Source: a virus | IMG/VR virus record: IMGVR_UViG_3300032308_002775 | Coordinates: 89,670 to 153,669 of that record | Direction: 5' to 3' (one strand) | Length of the DNA: 64,000 nucleotides | Part shown: one piece after another, positions 11,347-20,060 of the stretch | How the letters are laid out: each line of letters starts with the position of its first letter | Numbering within the stretch: position 1 is the stretch's first letter | The notes under the pieces: model-generated | Databases searched by the model: none | What the model saw: only the letters and a program-made list of their open reading frames with translations | What the model was told of the DNA's origin: nothing | Translations under genes and position numbers: made by a program

Positions 11347-11550
11347 ATGCTCGTCCTTTCTCGAAAGAGAAACGAGAAAATACTCGTCGGTCACGACATA
11401 AGAATTACGGTCGTCGAAATATTGCCCGACCGCGTCCGCCTGGGAATCGAGGCGCCAGAGCAGGTGAGCGTGGTGCGCGCCGAACTGGCCAAGAACTGGC
11501 GCGGCCGTAAGAAGGCCGGAGAAAATGGGGTGGAACGACCGTCTGCCTGA
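11347..11550 (+). CDS. csrA: Carbon storage regulator CsrA/RsmA
   Basis: MLVLSRK..EKI.VG.DI.ITVVEI..DRVRLGIEAP..VSV.R.E signature. Confidence 0.95.
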   Translation: MLVLSRKRNEKILVGHDIRITVVEILPDRVRLGIEAPEQVSVVRAELAKNWRGRKKAGENGVERPSA

Positions 11551-11836
11551 TTGCGACGCAGGCTTACCATCCGAAGACGAACGCCAGGCTTATTTCGACT
11601 GGCAAGAATATCAGCACTATTGCGCGATGCTCGACGCGGAAATCGAGCAGCAGTCTGCGCCGCCCACTCCAGAACGGATGGGCATCTCTTCGCAGACCAT
11701 CGATCCCGACAGCTTCGGGGGCCTGTCCAAAGATATCTTTCCCGACCGGCCCCTTGCACCAAAGGAGTTTGCCAATGCCCCAGGTCAAATCCAAGACCAA
11801 GTCAAAGACAAAGACGATCAAAACCCAGAAGGATAA
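11525..11836 (+). CDS. Hypothetical protein
   Basis: SD GGAG; overlaps csrA. Confidence 0.55.
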   Translation: MGWNDRLPDCDAGLPSEDERQAYFDWQEYQHYCAMLDAEIEQQSAPPTPERMGISSQTIDPDSFGGLSKDIFPDRPLAPKEFANAPGQIQDQVKDKDDQNPEG

Positions 11837-12125
11837 GATCGTCGCGCACATCTCGCCGGAGACGCTGTTCAAGGACGGCGGCCTGTTTGACGCCGTGGCG
11901 CTTCTGTGCTCCATCTTCAACCGCAAGCCTCGCCGCCCGTGCGTGCGCCAGGCCACGATCTATGGCGTCAAGCAGATCGCGACCATGCTGCTCGCGCAGG
12001 ACAAGGACGTACCGGAGGCGCTGCGGCTGCTGGACAAGGACGCGCTGGCGTCTGGCGACGGCCGATCAACCGTTAGCGAGTTCGTACAGGCGCTCGAGCG
12101 GAAGAAGACTGTCGGCCGCCGCTGA
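11775..12125 (+). CDS. Basic hypothetical protein
   Basis: SD AAGGAG before the ATG at 11775. Confidence 0.65.
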   Translation: MPQVKSKTKSKTKTIKTQKDKIVAHISPETLFKDGGLFDAVALLCSIFNRKPRRPCVRQATIYGVKQIATMLLAQDKDVPEALRLLDKDALASGDGRSTVSEFVQALERKKTVGRR

Positions 12126-13241
12126 CTTCACGGCGGGCTCCAGCCCCTTCTCGGCCGCCAGACGGTCGAGCGTCGAGGCCATGCCGCGGTCCAGGGTGGG
12201 CACGATCGCCGCGAGCTTGTCGCGGTCGAGGTACACGCCACCGGCCGTGACGGCATCGGCGAACTCGTCGCCCAGCCAGGCGCGAACGTCGTCCTCGGCG
12301 AGCTTCTCAAGATCCTCGAGGTTGTAGACGTTGCCCGTGGTCGTCTCGACGTGAGCCTTCATGAAGTCCGCGGCCACCTTCTCGGTGATCGCAAACAGAA
12401 CCTCTTCAGCCCGGGGCAGGCCGCCAGCGTCGTAGAGCCGGTCCAAGTGGTTCGCCCGGTCGAACTCATCGACCGCGGAGGCCAGCTTGAGCCGCGTCTC
12501 GTGCGTCCGGGCCTGCTCCGGGTTGCGGTCGACGACCTCGGCCAGCTTCAACATGCTGCCCGCCGACTCGGGGCTGTGGCGCATGACGAGCGCCGCCCGG
12601 TTGCGCAGCATATCGCTGGCAACCTTGGCCGCGCAGGCGCCTTGCCCGGCTGCCAGCTCCAGGGTGTCCTCGGCCTCGCTCGTGTCGGCGCCGTACTCGG
12701 CCGCCTTCTCGAGGATCTTCGTAGCGATCGTGTGCCGGTCCTCAAAGGTGAACTGGTCGCGATGCGCCTTGAAATGGGCGGCTGCGAACTTCACCTCGGT
12801 GGCGTTGCGCAGCGGCCAGTGCCGGTCCTTGTTACCGGCCTCGTCGGCCCAAACGATGGCGAACTCGCTGTCAGGGAGGCTGGCCAGGTCGGTCTTGGTC
12901 GACGAGGCCACCTTGCCGCGGAGTTCCTTCACGAGGCCGGTAATGCCAAAATAACTGGCAGCGGCGTCGATCCGCTCCTCAATCTGGGCGGCGTTGTCCG
13001 ACTTAAACGAGGCGCGCTTGTCCCCGAAGAAAAGGGCGGACATCCACGTTGCGGGCGCGGAGTGGCACGGATAGAGTTTGTTGAGCGGATCAGCGTAAAG
13101 ATGGCGCTGGAGGTTTTCACCCCCCAGCAGCCGCTCCTGGCTGGCAGCCTTGACGAAGTCGGGCGCCGGGAACAACGCGGTCAGCCGATGGGCTTCGCGA
13201 CCACTGATGTCTTGCGTCTGATCGAGCGGAATGTTTGCCAT
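12066..13241 (-). CDS. Hypothetical protein (possible morphogenesis gene)
   Basis: Long GC3-biased - strand ORF; TAAGGA upstream of the ATG at 13241. Confidence 0.75.
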   Translation of the reverse strand: MANIPLDQTQDISGREAHRLTALFPAPDFVKAASQERLLGGENLQRHLYADPLNKLYPCHSAPATWMSALFFGDKRASFKSDNAAQIEERIDAAASYFGITGLVKELRGKVASSTKTDLASLPDSEFAIVWADEAGNKDRHWPLRNATEVKFAAAHFKAHRDQFTFEDRHTIATKILEKAAEYGADTSEAEDTLELAAGQGACAAKVASDMLRNRAALVMRHSPESAGSMLKLAEVVDRNPEQARTHETRLKLASAVDEFDRANHLDRLYDAGGLPRAEEVLFAITEKVAADFMKAHVETTTGNVYNLEDLEKLAEDDVRAWLGDEFADAVTAGGVYLDRDKLAAIVPTLDRGMASTLDRLAAEKGLEPAVKSAAADSLLPLERLYELANG

Positions 13242-15873
13242 GGCGCTGCCTATTTCCTTAGTCCGCCGACACAACCACTTTAAAGCCCTGTCGGCATTGG
13301 GCATCCTGCCAGAAAAACCGTTATTTCCAGCGGTAGTCGACTGTCCTCTCTGCCATCAAGCGGGACTCTACCTGTTCGACGACTTAATGACGGACGGTAT
13401 CTGGGCGCATTGCGAATCCTGCCGTGCGCATGGTGACATTCTAACGTTTGGCGCGCTTGTCTGGAACAACAGCCTGGCCGACGCTATTAACCGGTTTGCC
13501 GACCTGGGCGCCGCGGCCCGCGGCGAGGCAGACCGGAACGCAGGCGAACACATTCGCTGCTTGGGCCGCTTAAAAACGGCTGAAATGTTCTGGGATACGG
13601 CTGCCGGGCAGATCTGGAACCACCACGACGACGTTATCGCCTGTCGCCTGCGCGAACTGGGCCTGGACAGTACTGTCGAAGGCTGCGAGGGCCTGATTGG
13701 CGTGGCCCATCACGACCAGGTTGCCGAGTTCTGCAAGGCCGTGGGTCGCGCCACGCCGCCACGAATGCGCGAAAACGGACCGAGTCTGGTCCTGCCTTAC
13801 TACGATCTACCCGGGCGAATCACGGGCGTCTTGCTCGTCCAGTACAACGACGAGTTCATGTCGCGGCGGGTTTTCGTACCGCTAACGGGCATCATGCGCC
13901 GCAAGGCGGACGCCGGGTATTTTCAGCTGGCCACGACCCTGCTGCCCAGCCCCAAGGACCTGCGCAACTCGTACTTTGTAACCGATGACCCGTTCTGGGT
14001 TATCAAGGCCCAATGCACGCAGCTCAAGGCAGGACAGCGTCTGTTGCCGCTGGCCGCCAGTTACGCCGGGCCCGAAGCCGTGAGTATCGGACTGAACTGG
14101 CAGTCGTTTGCTCCCACGGCGCGGCTGTTTCATGCGGCGATGTATACGCCAGAGGTGATTTCCCAGGCCGCCGCTGCCAAGGGTTACGTGTGCATCCTGC
14201 CGCCGGAGACCGTGCAGCGGACGCCGCAGCCCTTGCGCACCCTCCATCGCCTGGCGGCCGTTCGACGCGAGGCGCAGACCTGGCAAACCGCGTTGGAGAA
14301 AGCCCTGGCGAACACCAACGAGATGGCCGCCCAGTCCTTCGTGACCAAACTCACCATCGACCTGAACCGGTTGCAGCACTTCTTTCGCTACCGGCGCCAC
14401 AAGCTCCCCCAGGACTTCTGCGCCCGGTTGCTCAGCCAGGTCGAAGACGCGCCCGGTATTCCAGCGAAAGCCCAGCGCCGCGTAATTGTCATCGAGCGCG
14501 ACGGCTGCTGGTGGACCCATACGAATAATCAAATCTGCAACGCGCGGCTGCGAATTAACAAAATCGTTTACACCGAGGGCGGCGGGCGGCTGTACGTCGG
14601 CACGATCCTGATGGGCGAACAAGAATTCGAATTCGCTGACTCGGCCGACAAAATCGAACAGATGGGGTTGCTGGCCTACGCAGCGCAGCATGTGGCAGCC
14701 CGCGGCCATCTGCTGATCTACGACCGGCCTTGGAACTCAAAAAGCCACCAGACGGCGCTGCGTTTCAGCACGCCGGAAATCATCCGGATCACGGGCGTCG
14801 CCGGGTGGAACGAGGAAAGCGGGCAGTTCTGCTTTCGGGATTACTCGATCAGCAATGACGGGACGGTCGTGCCCTGTCTCTACCCGCAAGCCAACAGCGG
14901 CGTGCCGAGCTTTCCAGAACCGACCGATGTCGCCCCCGTAACGATTCACAACCTGCTCACGCCGAGCCACGAGAACGCGCTGTTCTGGTCGACCTTCGCC
15001 GCGTTTGCCGCGCAGCTGCTGGCCCCGGTGGCCGGACGACAACCCGTCGCGACTGCCCTGGTCGGTTCCGCATTCAGCGCCGTTCTGGGTATCGGAGACG
15101 CGCTGCAGGGTTTCGTGTTCCGCTCCACGGCCAGCCAGCGCCAGGCAGCAGCCACAAACCTGATTGCTCACCTCAAGGGCAAACGCTGGCCGGTGCTGGC
15201 CCATCACGCGTTCAACGACGCGGAAATGAGCCGTACCGTGGTGCGCATCCCGGCCGCCGCACTTTTCGTCCGAGCAGCCGAGTGCCCGGCCTGCGTTGCC
15301 CCTAGTTATGGCTGGCAGTTCATCCGGGGCAGCGCCGATACGCTTCCGGACTTTTCAGCCATGCGCTACATTCTGCCCGCCTACATCCAGCGGGCGCTTC
15401 AAAACCGCATGGCTGTCGCCTCTCAGCATGAAAACCTGGCGCGCGCCATCCTGGAAGACCTGGCTGGGTGGCTGAAAGATATCTATGGCGTTACGTTCAA
15501 TCTGGCCTGCGCGACCAACCGACTGATCACCCCCGACCGGGCCCACGAGGCCCTGATGGAGGCGGTCAACCTTGGCATCATGGCCGGGAAGATCGATGTC
15601 CTGCCCCGCCCCCGTCGAAAGTCGCAGGCCGGAAACTACGTTTTGAGAAATAAACAGCACTGGTGGTTGAATCAAAAGGCCATAAATCAGTACTGTATTT
15701 CTGCTGGCGGAATTAGTCCTAACTGGACAGAAGTCATTCACCGGCTAACTGCAAACGGCCTGCTCGTTGACGAGCAGAGCGTGCAAGGCATGCCCGGACT
15801 TCTGGTCAAGAAAGACTGGTGCGACCAGTTCTGGTCCGATTACAACCTCACGGATGTGCGCGACATTGGCTAG
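13240..15873 (+). CDS. Large protein with a DnaG-type Zn finger and a degenerate primase-like region
   Basis: CPLC...CESCRAHGDILTF...SLADAI resembles the CHC2 Zn-binding domain. LVLPYYDLPGRITG resembles DnaG. No clear TOPRIM DxD or Walker A. Confidence 0.55.
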   Translation: MALPISLVRRHNHFKALSALGILPEKPLFPAVVDCPLCHQAGLYLFDDLMTDGIWAHCESCRAHGDILTFGALVWNNSLADAINRFADLGAAARGEADRNAGEHIRCLGRLKTAEMFWDTAAGQIWNHHDDVIACRLRELGLDSTVEGCEGLIGVAHHDQVAEFCKAVGRATPPRMRENGPSLVLPYYDLPGRITGVLLVQYNDEFMSRRVFVPLTGIMRRKADAGYFQLATTLLPSPKDLRNSYFVTDDPFWVIKAQCTQLKAGQRLLPLAASYAGPEAVSIGLNWQSFAPTARLFHAAMYTPEVISQAAAAKGYVCILPPETVQRTPQPLRTLHRLAAVRREAQTWQTALEKALANTNEMAAQSFVTKLTIDLNRLQHFFRYRRHKLPQDFCARLLSQVEDAPGIPAKAQRRVIVIERDGCWWTHTNNQICNARLRINKIVYTEGGGRLYVGTILMGEQEFEFADSADKIEQMGLLAYAAQHVAARGHLLIYDRPWNSKSHQTALRFSTPEIIRITGVAGWNEESGQFCFRDYSISNDGTVVPCLYPQANSGVPSFPEPTDVAPVTIHNLLTPSHENALFWSTFAAFAAQLLAPVAGRQPVATALVGSAFSAVLGIGDALQGFVFRSTASQRQAAATNLIAHLKGKRWPVLAHHAFNDAEMSRTVVRIPAAALFVRAAECPACVAPSYGWQFIRGSADTLPDFSAMRYILPAYIQRALQNRMAVASQHENLARAILEDLAGWLKDIYGVTFNLACATNRLITPDRAHEALMEAVNLGIMAGKIDVLPRPRRKSQAGNYVLRNKQHWWLNQKAINQYCISAGGISPNWTEVIHRLTANGLLVDEQSVQGMPGLLVKKDWCDQFWSDYNLTDVRDIG

Positions 15874-16183
15874 GCTTATCAGTTTGTTTGAACAGTTCAA
15901 CGAGCTGGCAAAACAATACGCCCGCTTCGACGACGGCCTTGACGACGATTTTGTCGAAGAGGAGTGGCAGTTTGTCCACGGGTCAGATGACGACGAGGAC
16001 GAGGACGACGATTTCTTGCGTGCTCCTGCGCCGAATTACCTCGAGGAAGACGAAGAAGACGAGGAAGACGACGAGGAAGATTACGAAGACGACGAAGATG
16101 ACCTGGACTGGGACGCCGGAACAGAAGATTACGAAGACGACGAGGACAGTGACGACTGGTACGAAGAGGACGAGGAGGACTAA
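15854..16183 (+). CDS. Extremely acidic small protein
   Basis: The C-terminal ~80 aa are mostly Asp/Glu with spaced W/Y/F. Confidence 0.7.
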   Translation: MCATLARLISLFEQFNELAKQYARFDDGLDDDFVEEEWQFVHGSDDDEDEDDDFLRAPAPNYLEEDEEDEEDDEEDYEDDEDDLDWDAGTEDYEDDEDSDDWYEEDEED

Positions 16184-16635
16184 TTCAGACTTTTCTGCCC
16201 TTCGCGCGCTTTAACAAGTGCGCGTATGTGCTCGATAACAAAAGGCTTTTCAAACAAGCCGTCGAATGCAAGCAGATCCTTCTAGCGCTCGGCGTATCAG
16301 TCGGCGCCAATAAGCCAACAGGCAGCAAGGCCTGGCAGAATCATCCGGCGGTCCGCATGTGGCGCGGACATGAGCTGGCCCTGGCGATCTACTCGGTCCA
16401 CATGGCGCTGGAATGTCGGCGCCGCGGCTACAAAGACGGCCTGCTCGCGGAATTTCTTGAGGTCGTCCGGCAGCTGCGCAAGCCCGACGAGCCCGCGCGC
16501 TATCCGCCGTGGATGAAAGACTGGAGTATTATGACCAGCCACCGGTCCAACCTCCTGCGCAAGGACAAGGACCACTACACACGGTTCGGCTGGCTCGTGA
16601 AGCCGGACCTTCCCTACAAGTGGCCCGTACCATGA
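16183..16635 (+). CDS. Pyrimidine-dimer DNA glycosylase / endonuclease V-like protein (MSMEG_6728-type), ATT start
   Basis: xQTFLP...LDNKRL.KQ.VE..QIL, HPAVRMWRGHE, PPW, SHRSNLLRKD..HY and Y.WP motifs. Confidence 0.85.
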   Translation: MQTFLPFARFNKCAYVLDNKRLFKQAVECKQILLALGVSVGANKPTGSKAWQNHPAVRMWRGHELALAIYSVHMALECRRRGYKDGLLAEFLEVVRQLRKPDEPARYPPWMKDWSIMTSHRSNLLRKDKDHYTRFGWLVKPDLPYKWPVP

Positions 16636-16648
16636 GCGCGAGGTTTGA

Positions 16649-16960
16649 ATGACAGCGCTGCCAAAACGCGCTATTGAAGTTGTAGACTTTACTGATTTTC
16701 ATGATCGCCTGTCGCATGATTTATACGTCGCACTTATTGACACCATCAATCAAAGCGACGTTTCATGGGGCACCAACGCCGACACGCTGATTACGCCCGC
16801 TGTTTGCGTCGATTTTCTAGCGCAGACGCTAGAAGACTTTTTAGACGGGCGCGACGAGGCAAATCGACTTGAGTGGGTAGAAACCATCGACGAAGCTCGC
16901 GCGCTGATCCGAGAAGTTGGCGAGTTGCCAGACACCGTGTTTATCGCCCTGGGAAGCTGA
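16649..16960 (+). CDS. Hypothetical protein
   Basis: SD GAGG; ORF track. Confidence 0.55.
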   Translation: MTALPKRAIEVVDFTDFHDRLSHDLYVALIDTINQSDVSWGTNADTLITPAVCVDFLAQTLEDFLDGRDEANRLEWVETIDEARALIREVGELPDTVFIALGS

Positions 16961-16961
16961 T

Positions 16962-17294
16962 ATGGAAACCGTTGAGCGCGACGAGTACAGGGTTTCCGCG
17001 CGCGTTGTTCTCTGTAAGGGCGACATGTTTCGCGCTAGCGGCGGCCCCTACTACACTATGCGTGACGAAACTGGCAAACGGATCAAGTCCAGCATGGCCG
17101 CAAAAGGCCCGTTCAGATTTATTTCGTATTGCGAGCGCGGTCGGCGAAAATGGATCGTGGCCTATTCCATCAAAGAAGGCGGCTACGCGACGCTGCCACT
17201 GACCAGGTGGAAGACCGTCGACCTACCAAACTTCGTAAACCGACCCTACACGATCGTGGGTAAGAAACGCCCGCCAAAGAAAGGGAAGCGATGA
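16962..17294 (+). CDS. Basic hypothetical protein
   Basis: ATG 2 nt after the previous stop. Confidence 0.6.
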   Translation: METVERDEYRVSARVVLCKGDMFRASGGPYYTMRDETGKRIKSSMAAKGPFRFISYCERGRRKWIVAYSIKEGGYATLPLTRWKTVDLPNFVNRPYTIVGKKRPPKKGKR

Positions 17295-17455
17295 GTCGCA
17301 CACGCAAGCGCCCCTACACGGGCATAAAAAGATTCGACAGCAGTTGCCGCTGTCACGGCAGCTGCAGCTACTGCCGCAACAACCGGCTGCACAGCACGCA
17401 ACGGCGGCGCAGCTCGGCTGACGAGCAGCTGCACGCCTACCGTCGCGCGGACTAA
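17291..17455 (+). CDS. Small basic Cys/His protein (54 aa, not in the ORF track)
   Basis: ATGA overlap; MSRTRKRPYTGIKRFDSSCRCHGSCSYCRNNR. Confidence 0.6.
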   Translation: MSRTRKRPYTGIKRFDSSCRCHGSCSYCRNNRLHSTQRRRSSADEQLHAYRRAD

Positions 17456-17504
17456 AGTTAACACCCCTCCGTGCGATAAACTTAATATCGTACGGAGGCG
17501 CGCT

Positions 17505-17957
17505 ATGAATTTCGAAGTCCGGATCAAAGATATCAATCACCTGGGTCTTACGGACGTGACGGCCATCATGAGCCGCCTGTCGCACCCCAACTCCGGGAGC
17601 GCCAGCTCTATCCAGCCAGAGCTGATCAAGCGCTACGTCAAGCCGGAGCCAGGCCCGCACCCGCCCATGTGGCTGGCGATGGTCTGGCAGAACGGCCTGT
17701 TCGTCAGTTGGGTCGGCACCCGGCTGTGGCCCGAGAAATTCAAGGGCGACCTCGTGATGGCGCAGACGATCGAGTGCTTTACTGATTCGGAATGCCGTCG
17801 ACACGGGCTTGCCCGGCTGGGGCTCCAGGCGCTGATCTCCGCAGGTTTGCTCGACCGGAACAAGATTGTCTCGGTCTACGCCGCGGAGGTCGTCAAGATG
17901 GCCCAGCAGTGCGGGTGCAAGACGGTTATCCTCTGCCACGCCGAGGAGGAAACGTGA
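17505..17957 (+). CDS. GNAT-like acetyltransferase
   Basis: FTDSECRRHGLARL matches the GNAT motif A pattern (RxxGxA). Confidence 0.55.
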   Translation: MNFEVRIKDINHLGLTDVTAIMSRLSHPNSGSASSIQPELIKRYVKPEPGPHPPMWLAMVWQNGLFVSWVGTRLWPEKFKGDLVMAQTIECFTDSECRRHGLARLGLQALISAGLLDRNKIVSVYAAEVVKMAQQCGCKTVILCHAEEET

Positions 17958-18199
17958 AACGTTACCACGAAGAACAACACATCGCGGCGCACCGCGTAAA
18001 ACTTTACAAGCAACTGGGCGGTTATCTCGGCCCGGCGCACGATAAGTATGTTCCAGACACCGGACGGTTTCGCAAGACGCTTCGATGCGCGGGCTGCGGT
18101 CGTGCCCGTTGCCAAGTGTGTCATTCAGAAAAATTTCCTAAGCGTACGCCTACCCGACAAGAGCAACAGGCGCAGCGCGACTTTACCCAGGAGGACTGA
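17954..18199 (+). CDS. Small Zn-finger-like protein
   Basis: GTG start with SD GAGGAGG; CAGC..ARCQVCH. Confidence 0.55.
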   Translation: MKRYHEEQHIAAHRVKLYKQLGGYLGPAHDKYVPDTGRFRKTLRCAGCGRARCQVCHSEKFPKRTPTRQEQQAQRDFTQED

Positions 18200-18912
18200 T
18201 GGGCGCGTGCTTTACGAGCACCAAGTTTGAGGGCAACCTCACCAGCACAGAATTGCGTCGCCAATACGACGCCTATATCACTGATCTCCTGCACGAGCAC
18301 GGCACCGACGCCTACAACGGCACGCTGACTACCACCAGCGGACTGATCATCGAGGACAAAATCTTCGACACAGAGAAGGCGGCCTACGATCACGTCATCA
18401 ATAACACCCAAAAGTGGCAAGAAGCGCGGGCCGTAAAGTTTCGCGACATCCAAACCGAGCCCGACAAGCAACCGACTTACAACGGGCAACCGTTGCGTTT
18501 CGGCATCGGGCTGCTCGCGGGTGGCGTGACACTGCGAAGCGTCACGGGCGTGTTTGTCGACAGCGCACGGCAGCTAATTCCAGCCGACCAGCTCCCCGCG
18601 GCGCACAAAGCCAAAGCCGTTGCGCTATACGCGGACTACGATGAGAAATACGCCGCGTATGGCAGCGTGCGCCAACAGATCGACCAGCTCGTCACTGAGA
18701 AGATTCAGAACGTCAAGGCCGAACTGCCGACCACGTCCGACTACTCCGAGTTGAAGCGGCTGCTGAAGCAGCGCAAGCGCGCTTATGTCGCCTTGCAGAA
18801 GGCCTGCACGAAGATGCAGGAGTTTGATATTACACAATCGGCCAAGATCTACAGCACCAAGCAGGTCGACCACGGAACCAAGTGGTTCGTAGGCGGCTGG
18901 GCTGCCGAGTGA
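18199..18912 (+). CDS. Hypothetical protein
   Basis: TGATG coupling; SD GGAGG. Confidence 0.7.
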   Translation: MGACFTSTKFEGNLTSTELRRQYDAYITDLLHEHGTDAYNGTLTTTSGLIIEDKIFDTEKAAYDHVINNTQKWQEARAVKFRDIQTEPDKQPTYNGQPLRFGIGLLAGGVTLRSVTGVFVDSARQLIPADQLPAAHKAKAVALYADYDEKYAAYGSVRQQIDQLVTEKIQNVKAELPTTSDYSELKRLLKQRKRAYVALQKACTKMQEFDITQSAKIYSTKQVDHGTKWFVGGWAAE

Positions 18913-18940
18913 CCCTAACCACACCAAGAAGGAGAACCTC

Positions 18941-19252
18941 ATGGACTACGTGAAGCAGATTCAGGACTGCGGCCTCGCCCTGGCGGACGCCGTGAAGATC
19001 GAGATGGACCTCGAGAACCGGCGCCACAATTTCAAGCTGGACGCGATCGGCCGGATCATGAAGTCGGGCGACAACCCGCTCACCAATAAGCCGCACAGCT
19101 ACAGCTCGGCGGAAGCACTGGTCACGACGGACCAGCGTTACGCCGATTACCTGGACGCAATCGCCAACGCCGTGCGCGGGAGGATTATCGCTAAGGCCCA
19201 GTACGACGCGGCCCTCGCCGCCGCCCGGCTCGTGGAAGCAACCGAGGTATGA
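18941..19252 (+). CDS. Hypothetical protein
   Basis: SD AAGGAG. Confidence 0.7.
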   Translation: MDYVKQIQDCGLALADAVKIEMDLENRRHNFKLDAIGRIMKSGDNPLTNKPHSYSSAEALVTTDQRYADYLDAIANAVRGRIIAKAQYDAALAAARLVEATEV

Positions 19253-19593
19253 TGACTGAAACTAAGCAAGCAGTTGGGTTTGAGGCCGTCAGGGCCGCCA
19301 TCAAGCATTTTGAATCTATCCAGGTGATGAATCGCGCGTATGGTGCCCTCGACACCGAACCTGATGGCGTTTTCCAGCGAATTCTCTGGGACGTGATCAA
19401 CGACAAGGACACCAGCATCCCCATGAGCGGCGACGGCTGGGAGCTGTACACCAGCAGCATGGACTGCACCAAGGCGGCCGATGCGTTGCACCTGGCTGCA
19501 GTGGCCGCCGTGCAGGCAATCTTTGCCTGCCGAATTGCCGACCGCCGCAAGGTGCGTGAGTATCTCGAAGACTACTGCTGGCGGTGCAACTAG
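19249..19593 (+). CDS. Hypothetical protein
   Basis: ATGA overlap. Confidence 0.65.
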   Translation: MMTETKQAVGFEAVRAAIKHFESIQVMNRAYGALDTEPDGVFQRILWDVINDKDTSIPMSGDGWELYTSSMDCTKAADALHLAAVAAVQAIFACRIADRRKVREYLEDYCWRCN

Positions 19594-19610
19594 CCGTGGG
19601 CCGCGCAAAC

Positions 19611-20054
19611 ATGAAACAGGCGCGCGAGCACGTTAAGGCAGGCAACCGCTTTAGGGGCTCAAACGTCTTTGGTCGAAACCTGCACAACGGATCGTATTGC
19701 GTGTGGTCCTACACGGAAGCGTGGCCGCTTTATTTGCGCTGGTGCGGCGAATGGTTTGGCAATTCCGGCTGGTATTCGCGTACAACACACCAGCACAAAG
19801 TAATACTGTGTCCGGGAGACAAGATCAGCTGGCTGCCGCGTTCGGTGATGCAGGTGTTCGTGGCGTACTGCGATTCGGCGTCTTGGCACTCAAAAGACAC
19901 GCCGCTAGATTACGTGCTCGAGACCAGTGGCTTAATTCCGCCAAGGGCGGTGGTTGCGGTACCGCAGCCGAACATCCCCGAAGTCACGACGCATCTAGCT
20001 CGCGCTGAGGTTGACTGGGGCGCGGTTCGCAGGCGCCGGGTTATGCCGGTTTGA
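19611..20054 (+). CDS. Hypothetical protein
   Basis: ORF track; Y.VWSY...WP...YSRTT..H block. Confidence 0.6.
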   Translation: MKQAREHVKAGNRFRGSNVFGRNLHNGSYCVWSYTEAWPLYLRWCGEWFGNSGWYSRTTHQHKVILCPGDKISWLPRSVMQVFVAYCDSASWHSKDTPLDYVLETSGLIPPRAVVAVPQPNIPEVTTHLARAEVDWGAVRRRRVMPV

Positions 20055-20060
20055 TATCTT

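Noticed and set aside
15940-16180. GACGAA/GAGGAC low-complexity repeats
   Set aside because: Explained by Asp/Glu codons of the acidic protein; not an independent DNA repeat.
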